A DNA stretch of 64,000 nucleotides from Actinophytocola sp. GTDB lineage: Bacteria; Actinomycetota; Actinomycetes; Mycobacteriales; Pseudonocardiaceae. This document shows, piece by piece, positions 38,632 through 48,233 of this stretch. The notes under the pieces were generated by a model. The model saw nothing but the letters and a program-made list of their open reading frames with translations. It did not search any database and was not told where the DNA came from. The stretch is taken from contig DASYKY010000080.1 of the NCBI GenBank assembly GCA_035995025.1, positions 103,308-167,307 of the forward strand. The letters run 5' to 3'. The position numbers and the translations under genes were made by a program. Each line of letters opens with the position of its first letter. Position 1 is the stretch's first letter.

Positions 38632-39222
38632 ATGACCCTGTTCACTCCCGCACGCCGCCTGGCGCTCGCGCTCACCGCCGCGGTGGCGACCGCGGGCCTG
38701 GTCGCCACCGCCGCGCTGGCGAGCCCGGGATCGGACTCCACGGACGCGGCCACTGCCGCGGCCGCCGCGGTGCCGAACGGGCACGTCCCCGCGAAGGTCG
38801 GGCCGCTCGACTGCCCGAGCATCCCGCCGGACCGCGACCTCGCCGTCACGCAGACCGTCCACCAGGTCGGCATCAGCATGGGCGCGTCGAGCAAGGTCAT
38901 GCTCGCCGGGTTCGAGGCGGGCTGGGTCGAGTCCCGCATGAACAACCTGCCGTGCGGCGACGCCGACTCGCTCGGCGTGTTCCAGCAGCGGCCGAGCCAG
39001 GGCTGGGGCACCCCGGAACAGATCATGGACGTCAACTACGCGGCCACCCAGTTCTTCGCCCAGGCCATCCACAACGAGCCGCTCTACCCGGACCTGAGCG
39101 CGGGCCTGCTCGCGCAGACCGTGCAGCGCTCGTGCTGCCCGGAGCGCTACGACCTGGCCGAGGGCAAGGCGAACGAGATGCTCGCCGAGGTCGGTGGCTT
39201 CGCCGCCGGCCGGGAGCAGTAG
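38632..39222 (+). CDS. Secreted lysozyme/transglycosylase-like protein
   Basis: Signal peptide; VES...DSLGVFQQRPSQGWG...AQTVQRS...Y motif of actinobacterial cell-wall hydrolase domains. Confidence 0.7.
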   Translation: MTLFTPARRLALALTAAVATAGLVATAALASPGSDSTDAATAAAAAVPNGHVPAKVGPLDCPSIPPDRDLAVTQTVHQVGISMGASSKVMLAGFEAGWVESRMNNLPCGDADSLGVFQQRPSQGWGTPEQIMDVNYAATQFFAQAIHNEPLYPDLSAGLLAQTVQRSCCPERYDLAEGKANEMLAEVGGFAAGREQ

Positions 39223-39226
39223 CCCG

Positions 39227-40333
39227 ATGCGCACGGCCATGAAGATCGGCGGCGCCGCGACCGCCGTGGGCGCGGTGGTGGCCGCCGTCGTGCTCGCCGG
39301 CACGGCGGCCGGCCAGCAGGACGGCAGCGCGGCCGGGCCCGCGAACGCGGCGTTCGCGGCTGCGGCGGCGCAGTTCGACGTGCCGCGCGACCTGGTCGTC
39401 GCGGTCGGCTACGGCGAGACCCACCTCGACGGGCACGCCGGGAAACCCAGCCAGGACAACGGGTTCGGCGTCATGCACCTGGTCAGCAACCCGGCCCGGC
39501 ACACGCTGGAGCAGGCCGCGGACCTCACCGGCACGCCGGCGGGCACGCTGCGCACCGACACCGCCGCCAACATCCGCGGCGGCGCGGCCGTGCTGCGGGC
39601 GCTCGCCGACGCGCAGGGCCTGGACGCGGCGGCCCGCGGCCGGCTCGGCGCCTGGTACCCGGTGGTCGCGGCATACAGCGGGGCGGCCGACGACAAGGTC
39701 GCGAAGATGTACGCGGACACCGTGTTCGACTTTCTGCACGGCGGTGTCCTGGCGAAGGCGGGCGGCGAGTCCGTGACGGTCGCGAAGCAGGACGCGCGCC
39801 CGGAGCTCGGCCGGTTCGCCGGCGTGCGGGCGCTGGACGACGTGTCGGGCGACGTGCACGCGACGGACTACCCGAACGCCATCTGGAACCCGGCGAGCGA
39901 GGCCAACTACCGGCCCGGCCGGACCTCGGCGATCACCACGGTCGTCATCCACGTGACCGAGGGCTCGTACGCGGGCACGATCAGCTGGTTCCAGAACCCG
40001 GACGCCCAGGTGAGCGCGCACTACGTGGTGCGGTCGTCGGACGGCGAGATCACGCACATGGTCGCCGACGCGGACACCGCGTGGCACGCCCGCTCGGGCA
40101 ACGCCTACGGGATCGGCATCGAGCACGAGGGCTTCGTCGACGACCCGTCGTGGTTCACCGACGCCATGTACCGCTCGTCGGCGGCGCTGACGTCGTGGCT
40201 GTGCGACACCTACGGCATCCCGAAGGACCGCACCGGGATCGTGGGCCACAGCGAGGTGCCGGGCAACGACCACACCGACCCGGGCCCGAACTGGAACTGG
40301 GACTACTACATCCAGCTGGTCAACGGCGGCTGA
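39227..40333 (+). CDS. Secreted N-acetylmuramoyl-L-alanine amidase (Amidase_2)
   Basis: VIHVTEG, SAHY, AWHA, IGIEHEG, GHSE and HTDPG motifs. Confidence 0.92.
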   Translation: MRTAMKIGGAATAVGAVVAAVVLAGTAAGQQDGSAAGPANAAFAAAAAQFDVPRDLVVAVGYGETHLDGHAGKPSQDNGFGVMHLVSNPARHTLEQAADLTGTPAGTLRTDTAANIRGGAAVLRALADAQGLDAAARGRLGAWYPVVAAYSGAADDKVAKMYADTVFDFLHGGVLAKAGGESVTVAKQDARPELGRFAGVRALDDVSGDVHATDYPNAIWNPASEANYRPGRTSAITTVVIHVTEGSYAGTISWFQNPDAQVSAHYVVRSSDGEITHMVADADTAWHARSGNAYGIGIEHEGFVDDPSWFTDAMYRSSAALTSWLCDTYGIPKDRTGIVGHSEVPGNDHTDPGPNWNWDYYIQLVNGG

Positions 40334-40342
40334 GCTGGACGC

Positions 40343-41068
40343 ATGGGCGCGGGGCGGCTTTCGCCGTCCCGCGCCTTCGCGATGCCACCGGAGATGCCCC
40401 ACCGGTGGATAGGCTGTGCGCGCACAGCCGACCGCGGAGAGGAGCGGGCGTTGGGGGCGCAGTCCCGCGAGCGTGCGCGGATCGTGGACGCGGCCTACCG
40501 CACGCTGGCCGCCAACGGCGGCGCCGCGCTGTCGATGGCCGAGCTGCTCGACGCCGCCGGGCTCGGCACCCGGGCGTTCTACCGGCACTTCGCCGCGAAG
40601 GACGAGCTGCTGCTCGCGGTGTACCGCCGCGACGCGGACCGGCTCGCCGAACGCCTCGCGCGGGCCGCGGCCGAGGGCCCGCCGACGGCCGCGCTGACCG
40701 CGTTCGTCGAGACGCTGCTGCACGTCGCGGACGACCCGCGGCGCAGGCGCCGGCTGCGGATCATGTCCGCGGAGGCGGTCCGCCAGGCCCGCGGCTACGC
40801 CGGGGAGACGCAGCGGTTCCGGGCCGCGCTGGAGGCGTCGCTCGCCGAGATCCTGGCCCGCGGCCGCGGGGACGGCAGCTTCCCGCTGACCGACCCCGCA
40901 CCGGACGCGCGGTCCATCCGCGCCGCGCTGGGACAGGCGTTCGACGACCAGGTCGCCGGCATCGCCACCGTCCGCGCGGCGGAGGCCGCCCGGCAGGTCA
41001 CCGACTTCGCGCTGCGCGCCACGGGCGCCACGGGCGCCACCGACCGGGCAGCCGCGGCCGCACAGTGA
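40343..41068 (+). CDS. TetR-family regulator (true start may be about 40451)
   Basis: AGLGTRAFYRHFAAKDELL HTH. Confidence 0.88.
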   Translation: MGAGRLSPSRAFAMPPEMPHRWIGCARTADRGEERALGAQSRERARIVDAAYRTLAANGGAALSMAELLDAAGLGTRAFYRHFAAKDELLLAVYRRDADRLAERLARAAAEGPPTAALTAFVETLLHVADDPRRRRRLRIMSAEAVRQARGYAGETQRFRAALEASLAEILARGRGDGSFPLTDPAPDARSIRAALGQAFDDQVAGIATVRAAEAARQVTDFALRATGATGATDRAAAAAQ

Positions 41069-41123
41069 GGTGCGCCGCGGCCGGTGATTCCCGGGCCGTC
41101 CGATGTGGACCGTCCCGCGCCGG

Positions 41124-41786
41124 TCACGAGCCGTGGACGCGCGCGACCTCGCGGCGGTAGATGCCCTTGCCGACCACGCGCCACAGCACGCGGGCGGGCA
41201 GCGGCAGCAGCCCGAGGAACTGGGTGCGCTCCCGCGGCGTGGCGTCCTCGAGTAGCCCGCCGAGGGACACGAATGCCTTGGCGCCCTTGGGAATCGCCTG
41301 CTGCGCACGGTCGCCGACCGCACGCCACTCGGCGGGGGTCAGGTGCTGCTCGCACAGCGGGAGGATCTCGACCTCCTCGTCCGTGAGGTGCTCGTCGAGC
41401 GCGACGGACATCTTCTCCAACGTGCTGGCGAGCTCCTCGCCGGTGGCCGCGTCCGCGGTGGCCCGCCAGGACGCCAGCAGCTCCCCCACCCGCGCCACCA
41501 GCACGGCGACCGTCTCGTGCTGGGTCTCCATGCGGTGCACGAGATCGCCGTCCAGCCCGCCGACCCGCTCCAGCAGCACCGGCCAGAGCACCTCGTCCTC
41601 GGCGGTGTGGTGGTGGTGCAGCCCGTCGGTGACGAACGTCAGGTGCCCGGCCACGACCGCGCTCCGCGCGGTGTCGCCGTCGGCGACCTTCCTGATCAAC
41701 TCGGGCGCGCGCCCGAACTCCCGCCGGAAGGCCTTGTGGACGACCACCATCTCCCACGTGCCGACCGTGCCGTTGTGCTGCGACAT
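41124..41786 (-). CDS. Hemerythrin/HHE cation-binding domain protein
   Basis: VHKAFRRE, HHHTAED, QH and HLTDEE motifs. Confidence 0.88.
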   Translation of the reverse strand: MSQHNGTVGTWEMVVVHKAFRREFGRAPELIRKVADGDTARSAVVAGHLTFVTDGLHHHHTAEDEVLWPVLLERVGGLDGDLVHRMETQHETVAVLVARVGELLASWRATADAATGEELASTLEKMSVALDEHLTDEEVEILPLCEQHLTPAEWRAVGDRAQQAIPKGAKAFVSLGGLLEDATPRERTQFLGLLPLPARVLWRVVGKGIYRREVARVHGS

Positions 41787-41994
41787 GTAATGAGCCCTTC
41801 TCCTCTCCCGACCAACTCCACAGTCGCCGCCCAACGCGCGGCCGTTAGGGCTGGTCACAGGAGGTCAGTGGTGTCTCGCGTCACGCGGCGGCACACCGGC
41901 GCGCGGCCGGGCGGGTGCCCCGGCCGCCACCGGCGGCCCGTTCGCACCGGCACACGTGCGGACAAGCCATCGGCCGGGCGATAGGTTGGCGCGG

Positions 41995-43464
41995 ATGCAC
42001 AAACCACTTCTGCTGCGCGACGTCGCCATCGGGCTCACCGGGCGGCGCGCCGACGTTCGGGTCGAGAACGGGCGGGTCGCCGCCGTCGAGCCCGCCGGGA
42101 CGGGGTCCGAGGGTGCCGACGTGATCGACGGGCGCGGCGGCACGGTGCTGCCCGGGCTCGTCGACGCGCACGTCCACATGCTGCAGTGGGCGAGCGTCCG
42201 GCAACGGGTGTCGGTCGCGGCGGCGCGGTCGGCCGCGCACGCGGTCGAGCTGCTCGTCGCCGCGCAGGGGCCACCCGGGGACACCGGGCTCCTCGCCGGC
42301 GCGCACTACAGAGAGACCTTCTGGCGCGTGCCGCCACACAAGGATCTCCTCGACCGCGCCTTCCCCGCCCGCCCGGTCGCGGTGTTCAGCAACGACCTGC
42401 ACGCCGTGTGGCTCAACTCCCGCGCCCTCACCCTCGTCGGCCGCGAACACCCGACCGGCGTGCTCGTCGAGGCCGACGCCATGGCGGTCACCGCCGCGCT
42501 GCCCACGCCCGAGACCGCCGAGTCCGACCGGTGGGTGCTCGAGGCAACCGACGCGGCCGCCGCGCGCGGGATCACCGCGGTCGCCGACTACGAGTACGCC
42601 GACACCGCCGCCGACTGGACCCGCCGGCTCGCGGTCCGCGCGCCCTCGACCCGGGTCCGCTGCGTGATCCCGCGCTTCCGGCTCGACCACGCCATCGAAC
42701 TCGGCCACCGCACCGGTGTGGAGCTTCCTGGCACGGACGGGCTGCTGACCGTCGGCCCGCTCAAGGTCTTCCTCGACGGCTCCCTCAACACCCGCACCGC
42801 CTTCTGCCACGACCCCTACCCCGGCGACTTCCCCGACGACGAGTACCCGGGCGAGCTGCTGATCACCGAGGACGCGCTGCGCGAGCTCGTAGAGCGGGCC
42901 GCCGCGCACGGCATCTCCCCCGCCCTGCACGCCATCGGCGACGGCGCCAACCGCGTCGCGCTCGACGTCCTCGCCGCGGCCGGCGTCGCGAACGCCCGCA
43001 TCGAGCACGCCCAGCTGCTCAACCCCGGCGACGTCGCGCGCTTCGCCGAGCTCGGCATCACCGCGGGCGTGCAGCCCGCGCACGCGCCCGACGACCGCGA
43101 CGTCGCCGACCGGTACTGGTCCGGCCGCACCGCGCGTGCGTTCGCCTACGCGGACCTGCTCAAGGCGGGCACCCGCCTTGAGTTCGGCTCGGACGCGCCG
43201 GTCGCCCCGCTCGACCCGTGGGACGGCATCGCGTCCGCGGTCACCCGCACCGACGACGACCGCCCGCCGTGGCACCCCGAACAGAACCTGCCGCTACCCG
43301 CGGCGCTCGCGGCCAGCGCGGGCGGGCGCACGACCGTGGCGGTCGGCGACCCCGCTGACCTCGTCGTCACCGGCCGCGACCTGCGCGACCTGCCCCCCGA
43401 CGAGCTGCGCGACATGCCGATCGTCGCCACGATCCTCGGCGGGCGGACAACACATGCGGGCTGA
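41995..43464 (+). CDS. Amidohydrolase_3 (YtcJ-like) metal-dependent hydrolase
   Basis: PGLVDAHVH, KVFLDGSL, HAIGD, RIEHAQ and FGSDAPV motifs. Confidence 0.9.
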   Translation: MHKPLLLRDVAIGLTGRRADVRVENGRVAAVEPAGTGSEGADVIDGRGGTVLPGLVDAHVHMLQWASVRQRVSVAAARSAAHAVELLVAAQGPPGDTGLLAGAHYRETFWRVPPHKDLLDRAFPARPVAVFSNDLHAVWLNSRALTLVGREHPTGVLVEADAMAVTAALPTPETAESDRWVLEATDAAAARGITAVADYEYADTAADWTRRLAVRAPSTRVRCVIPRFRLDHAIELGHRTGVELPGTDGLLTVGPLKVFLDGSLNTRTAFCHDPYPGDFPDDEYPGELLITEDALRELVERAAAHGISPALHAIGDGANRVALDVLAAAGVANARIEHAQLLNPGDVARFAELGITAGVQPAHAPDDRDVADRYWSGRTARAFAYADLLKAGTRLEFGSDAPVAPLDPWDGIASAVTRTDDDRPPWHPEQNLPLPAALAASAGGRTTVAVGDPADLVVTGRDLRDLPPDELRDMPIVATILGGRTTHAG

Positions 43465-43473
43465 GATCGGAAA

Positions 43474-43498
43474 TGAACCGGTAACACCGTCTGCTCGT
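43474..43498 (+). promoter_or_regulatory. ECF17 (SigL-type) autoregulatory promoter
   Basis: TGAACC-N16-CGT upstream of the SigL-like gene. Confidence 0.65.
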
Positions 43499-43610
43499 GT
43501 GGATGGTTGTGACGGCATCACTGTCCAGTACCCTGCTCGTCGATCGAGGCCCGGCCTGGTTCGGCAGGGTTCCTGTGGCGCAGCCTCGTGAACGTATCTC
43601 CGGGCAGGTG

Positions 43611-44168
43611 ATGGCAAGCGTGGCTATCCCAGGCAGGAAGTCGCGGCGTGCGCGGCAGGTGCCCGGCGAGGACCTCATCCGCACGCTCTACGACGAGCAC
43701 GGGCGCAGCCTCCTCGCGTACGCGGTGCGGCTGACGAACGACCGGGCCGCGGCCGAGGACGTCGTGCAGGAGACGCTCCTGCGGGCCTGGAAGCACGCCG
43801 ACGATCTCGAGCACGGCATCGGCTCCGTCCGCGGGTGGCTGCTGACCGTCGCCCGCAACATCATCACCGACCGGGCGCGGGCCCGGGCCGTCCGGCCGAC
43901 CGAGGTCAACCAGCCGGTGGACGTGCCGACGCCGGCCCGCGACCACGCCGACGACGTGGTCGACACGATCACCGTGATGGGCGCGATCGAGCAGCTGAGT
44001 CCCGAGCACCGGGCGGTGATCGTGGAGCTGTACTACCGGGGCCACACCGTGAACGAGACAGCGGCGGTGCTGCAGATCGCCCCGGGTACCGTGAAATCCA
44101 GGACATACCACGCGGTTCGCGCACTGCGCGCGACGCTGGGGGCGACCGCCAAGGGAGGTGCGCGATGA
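43611..44168 (+). CDS. ECF sigma factor, SigL/SigU-like
   Basis: AEDVVQETLLRAW, WLLTVARN and GTVKSRTYHA. Confidence 0.9.
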   Translation: MASVAIPGRKSRRARQVPGEDLIRTLYDEHGRSLLAYAVRLTNDRAAAEDVVQETLLRAWKHADDLEHGIGSVRGWLLTVARNIITDRARARAVRPTEVNQPVDVPTPARDHADDVVDTITVMGAIEQLSPEHRAVIVELYYRGHTVNETAAVLQIAPGTVKSRTYHAVRALRATLGATAKGGAR

Positions 44169-44866
44169 ACCCCGTCGAGCACGACCCAGCACTGCTGGCG
44201 GCCTACGCCCTCGGTGGGCTGGACCCGGCCGAGCAGGACGCGGTGCAGGCCCACGTGGCCGGGTGCCCGGACTGCCAGCTCGAGGTCCGCGAGTTCACCA
44301 ACCTGCGGCTGGCCCTCGACGAGGTGCCGCCGGAGGCGTTCCTCGACGGCCCGCCCGCGGGCGGCGACCTGTTGCTGCAGAAGACGTTGCGCCGGGCGCG
44401 GACCGAGGCTCCGCCGGAGCGGCGCCGGGTCTGGGGCCCGGCGCTGATCACGGTCGCGGCGGCCGTCGCGCTCGCCGTGGCGGTCAGCGGCGGCGTGGTG
44501 CTCGGCCGGCAGACCGCCCCCGACGAGGTGGCCGGCGGCCCGACGACCACGGTGCCGGGCAACGCCCGCCAGGCGAAGGCGACCGACGCCCAGACCGGCG
44601 CGACGATGGCGATCACGCTGGAGCCGAAGATGGGCTGGGTGACGCTGCACGCCGACGTGAGCGGCATCAAGGCGGGCCTGAACTGCGAGCTGCGTGTCGT
44701 GCCGAGGACGGGCGAGCCCGTGCTGGCCGGCAGCTGGCGGGTGTCGAAGCTCGGCGAGGCCGAGGGCACCCCGCTGGACGGCTCCGCGCTGGTCGACCCG
44801 TCCGCGGTCAAGGCCGTCGAGGTGGTCACCACCGACGGCAAGACGATGGTGACCGTCCCGGTCTGA
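44165..44866 (+). CDS. Zinc anti-sigma factor (zf-HC2, one TM)
   Basis: AYALG...HVAGCPDC ZAS motif and a TM helix; ATGA overlap with the sigma gene. Confidence 0.9.
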   Translation: MNPVEHDPALLAAYALGGLDPAEQDAVQAHVAGCPDCQLEVREFTNLRLALDEVPPEAFLDGPPAGGDLLLQKTLRRARTEAPPERRRVWGPALITVAAAVALAVAVSGGVVLGRQTAPDEVAGGPTTTVPGNARQAKATDAQTGATMAITLEPKMGWVTLHADVSGIKAGLNCELRVVPRTGEPVLAGSWRVSKLGEAEGTPLDGSALVDPSAVKAVEVVTTDGKTMVTVPV

Positions 44867-44965
44867 GGCGCGACACGCCCGCACGCCTCCCGTGGCGTGA
44901 GCGCTTCCGGTGTCAGAATCAAGTGAGCGATCACCTCGGACACCCGGCCATCAAGAGGAGCGCAC

Positions 44966-45634
44966 GTGGCGAACGATCCGCAGCACGTGGACCAGCTCAC
45001 CGCGCTGCTGCATCCGGTACCCGTGCCCGACTTCATCGCGTCGGTCTCGGCGTGGCTCCAGGACGCACACGAAGCGGCCGCGAGCCTCCAGCCGGGGCGC
45101 AACGGCCCCCGCGGCAGCTGGCGCAACAACACCAGCTTCGGCACGGACCGCTACCAGTACCTGCGGGCCACGGCCGACTCGCTGATCGGCGAGCTGCCGG
45201 GCCTGGAGGTCGACGCCGCGTTCCAGTCGGTGCTGCTCAAGCTTCCCCGCCTGGGCATGTACCAGCTGCTCATGCCGGCCGGCCCGGACGGCTCCCTCGG
45301 GGACGCGAGCGACCTGCGGCGCGAGCTGTTCGGCGCCGGTGAGCACGAGGGCCTGATCAGCCGCCGCGAGGCGTGGCTGTCCGGGCGGGAGCTGCTGTTC
45401 CTGCCGTGGCACGGCACCGAGGCGGTCGGGCTGGCCGGGTTGTGGGCAGGCCAGGGCATGCTGCAGGACGACGGCCACATCGACTGGCTGTGGCGCGTCG
45501 ACCTGCTCGAGCTCGCCGATGCGATCACCCCGCCGAACCAGGAACGCCGGCTCGTACCGGACACGTTCGGCCGGGCCACTCAGCCCGAGCTGCCACTCCG
45601 CCCGCGTACCGAGGCGCCCGCCGCCACCGAGTAA
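44966..45634 (+). CDS. Uncharacterised protein, putative toxin partner of the XRE-ImmA gene
   Basis: GAGGAG RBS plus GTG; lies directly upstream of the XRE-peptidase gene; no recognisable motif. Confidence 0.65.
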   Translation: MANDPQHVDQLTALLHPVPVPDFIASVSAWLQDAHEAAASLQPGRNGPRGSWRNNTSFGTDRYQYLRATADSLIGELPGLEVDAAFQSVLLKLPRLGMYQLLMPAGPDGSLGDASDLRRELFGAGEHEGLISRREAWLSGRELLFLPWHGTEAVGLAGLWAGQGMLQDDGHIDWLWRVDLLELADAITPPNQERRLVPDTFGRATQPELPLRPRTEAPAATE

Positions 45635-45688
45635 CCACATACCGATCACCCGACTCGCGCCACGCTCCGTGCTCGGCGACGATGTCGC

Positions 45689-46813
45689 ATGGTCGTTTCC
45701 GGGTCCGTTCAGGGGGTCGTCGTGTCGTCGAGTGCCGCCGCAGTCGCGCAGGCGTTCGCGCCCGCCCGGCTGACGATGGCACGGGAGCTGGCCGGACTGC
45801 GCAAGCGGGAGCTGGCGGTGCTGATCGAGCGGACGGCCGCGGCGGTGTCGCAGTACGAGCTGGGCCAGTCCCGCCCGAGCGCCGCGACCCTCGCCCGGAG
45901 CGCGGCGGCGCTGGACATGCCGGTCGGGTTCTTCGGGGTGGGCCGCCCGCAGCTACGGCTGGACACCACGCAGGCCCACTTCCGCTCGCTGCGCGCGACG
46001 ACGGCCGTGCGGCGGCAGCAGGCTCTCGCGCACGTGGAGCTGCTGTGGGAGATCACCGAGGCGCTCGACGAGGTGATCGAGCTGCCGCCGGTCGACCTGG
46101 GGCTGCCGCTGGGCATCCCGCACGGCGAGGTGGCGCGGACCGCGCGGACGGTGCGCAAGGCGTGGGACTTGGGTGCCGGCCCGGTGGTGCACCTGGTGCG
46201 GAACCTGGAGGCGCGGGGCGTGGTCGTCACCCGCATCCCGTCGGTGGACAGCACGACGATCGACGCGTTCTCCTCCGCACTGCACGGCCGGCCCACGATC
46301 GCGTTGTCGGACAAGGGAAACCCGATGCGCCGCCGGTTCTCGGTCGCGCACGAGCTGGGCCACCTGCTGCTGCACCCGGACCCCGCCCCGGGCTCCCCGG
46401 CCCACGAACGCCAGGCGAACGCGTTCGCGGCGGAGTTCCTGATGCCGGCCGTGGAGGTCCGCCCGCTGCTGCCGACCCCCGTGGACGTGCCGGCCCTGAA
46501 GGAGATCGCGGACGGCTACGGCGTGTCGGTCGCGGCCCTGGTGTACCGCGGCAAGGACCTCGGCGTGTACGCGGACTCGACCGTCCGCCGCACGATGGCG
46601 ACCCTGGCCTCGCTGGGCTGGCGCACCGACGAGCCCGCGGGCTCGGACTACCCGGGCGAGCAGCCGGCCCTGCTCCGCCGCGCCGTGGACCTGGCCGCCG
46701 ACCACGGCCTGCCGCTACCGCGCCTCGCAGCTCGCCTCCACATCGGACTCCCCCGCCTCCGCGAGCTGGTGGGCATTCCCGACCAGCGCCCCCGCCTCCG
46801 CCTAGTCCACTGA
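45689..46813 (+). CDS. XRE-HTH + ImmA/IrrE (peptidase M78) fusion
   Basis: ARELAGL...VSQYELGQSRPS HTH; FRS linker; RFSVAHELGH; ERQANAFAAEFLMP. Confidence 0.93.
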   Translation: MVVSGSVQGVVVSSSAAAVAQAFAPARLTMARELAGLRKRELAVLIERTAAAVSQYELGQSRPSAATLARSAAALDMPVGFFGVGRPQLRLDTTQAHFRSLRATTAVRRQQALAHVELLWEITEALDEVIELPPVDLGLPLGIPHGEVARTARTVRKAWDLGAGPVVHLVRNLEARGVVVTRIPSVDSTTIDAFSSALHGRPTIALSDKGNPMRRRFSVAHELGHLLLHPDPAPGSPAHERQANAFAAEFLMPAVEVRPLLPTPVDVPALKEIADGYGVSVAALVYRGKDLGVYADSTVRRTMATLASLGWRTDEPAGSDYPGEQPALLRRAVDLAADHGLPLPRLAARLHIGLPRLRELVGIPDQRPRLRLVH

Positions 46814-46839
46814 GGACATTCGCGCACCTGACCCCACGT

Positions 46840-46870
46840 GGTTGTCCACAACCACAACGGTTGTCCACAA
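46840..46870 (+). promoter_or_regulatory. Two tandem perfect DnaA boxes (TTGTCCACA)
   Basis: ttgtccaca at 46842-46850 and 46861-46869 inside the 12-bp direct repeat ggttgtccacaa. Confidence 0.6.
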
Positions 46871-46997
46871 GTCGATCTTCGCCACCCAATTCGCCGGCGA
46901 CCACCGGTAGACTGGCGTTGAGGGGTGCCCCCGGAGAGGGTGGGGGCCGCGGATAACTTGGCTGCGCCGCTTCAAGCCGCAGCCGTTGCCGTTCGGC

Positions 46998-48125
46998 CTA
47001 GTTCGTCGGGTCCGGTGGTGGTTCGGGCCTGTCGAGGAGGACCGTGACCAGGCGGGCGCGCAGGTCTGGCATCTCGTCGGCCAGCAAGGTGTCGCGCAGC
47101 GCGGTTAGCTGACGTTCCTGGACGTCCGCTCGGCGCAGTGCCGCGGTCAGGTCGGCGGCGGTCGTGGTCAGGTGGTCGGTGGTGCGCGCCTGGGCGGCGC
47201 GTAGCTCCTCGCGGAGATGGACCTCCGACGCCCGGGCCGCGTCGCGTTCGGCGGTCGTGTTGGCCAGGGACTGGGTCGCCGACTCCGCCTGGCGCACGGC
47301 GGCCTCGGCGCGGTCGTGCTCCGTGGCCGCGGTGCCCTCCGCGCGTGCCTTCGCCAGGTCGGAGCGGGTGGCCGCCTCCCTCGCGGCCCGGGCCTCCGCG
47401 CGCGCCTTGTCCCGGTCGAGCCGGTGGCGTTCGGCCTCGGTGGTGGCGGCCTCGGCGGCGTCTCGGGCCTCGAGGACCCGCAGGTCGGCGGCGTCCCTGA
47501 TGCGTTCGGCCGCCGCGGCGGCCGCCTCGCGTGCCTCCTGGACCTCGGCCTCGGCGGACTCTCGTACCTGCTCGATCCCGGCCTGCGCCTCCGTCCTGGC
47601 GAGCTGGACGTCGGCCTCCGCGGCGGCCTTGGCCAGGTGGATCTCGCCGGCCGCGGTCGACTGCGCCTCCCGGATCGCGGTGTCCGCGGCCGACCGCGCC
47701 GCCCCGGCCGCCTCCTGTGCCTCGCGGACCTGCGACTCGGCGGCCTCGCGGAGCCCGCGCTCGGTCGCGGCCGCGGACTCTGCCCGCTCAGCACGCGCCG
47801 CCGCGGCCGTGACCTCCGCGGCGAGCGCCGCTCGCAACGTCTCCGCCGCGGCGAGCGTCTCGCCGAGCGGGCCGGCCAGCCGCTCCGCGACCGACGTGAA
47901 CGCCTCGGTGGCGCCGGTCAGCGCGGCACCACCCGCCTCGCCCAGCGCCTCGGCGAGTGCCTCCTCGGCGGCGGCGAGCTGCTTGCACGTCTTGCCGCCC
48001 GGCCAGGAGCGGTCCGGGCAGTAGGCGAACGGCCGCCCACCCCTCGGCCCGGGCGCGGGCAACGGCGCCCGGCATTTACTGAACCCACAGAGGCCCGATA
48101 TGTCCACTTCGGCCGCTTCGCTCAT
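46998..48125 (-). CDS. Long coiled-coil protein with an N-terminal Cys4 motif (TnpT/KfrA-like helper, inferred)
   Basis: CGFSKC...YC...TC followed by about 300 aa of Ala/Glu/Arg heptads; divergent from the recombinase. Confidence 0.7.
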   Translation of the reverse strand: MSEAAEVDISGLCGFSKCRAPLPAPGPRGGRPFAYCPDRSWPGGKTCKQLAAAEEALAEALGEAGGAALTGATEAFTSVAERLAGPLGETLAAAETLRAALAAEVTAAAARAERAESAAATERGLREAAESQVREAQEAAGAARSAADTAIREAQSTAAGEIHLAKAAAEADVQLARTEAQAGIEQVRESAEAEVQEAREAAAAAAERIRDAADLRVLEARDAAEAATTEAERHRLDRDKARAEARAAREAATRSDLAKARAEGTAATEHDRAEAAVRQAESATQSLANTTAERDAARASEVHLREELRAAQARTTDHLTTTAADLTAALRRADVQERQLTALRDTLLADEMPDLRARLVTVLLDRPEPPPDPTN

Positions 48126-48233
48126 GATTCACATCGTAGTAGATGGTTACATAACTCGTAACTTGCATTAGGGTTTTGATATCTATAACAGAGGTCAGCT
48201 ACAGAAGTGAGCTTTTGTAGCTAAGCTGATCCG
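48126..48233. promoter_or_regulatory. AT-rich spacer with inverted repeats; candidate recombination (res) site and divergent promoters
   Basis: agctacagaag-tgag-cttttgtagct (48197-48222) and gttac-N7-gtaac (48146-48162). Confidence 0.55.
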
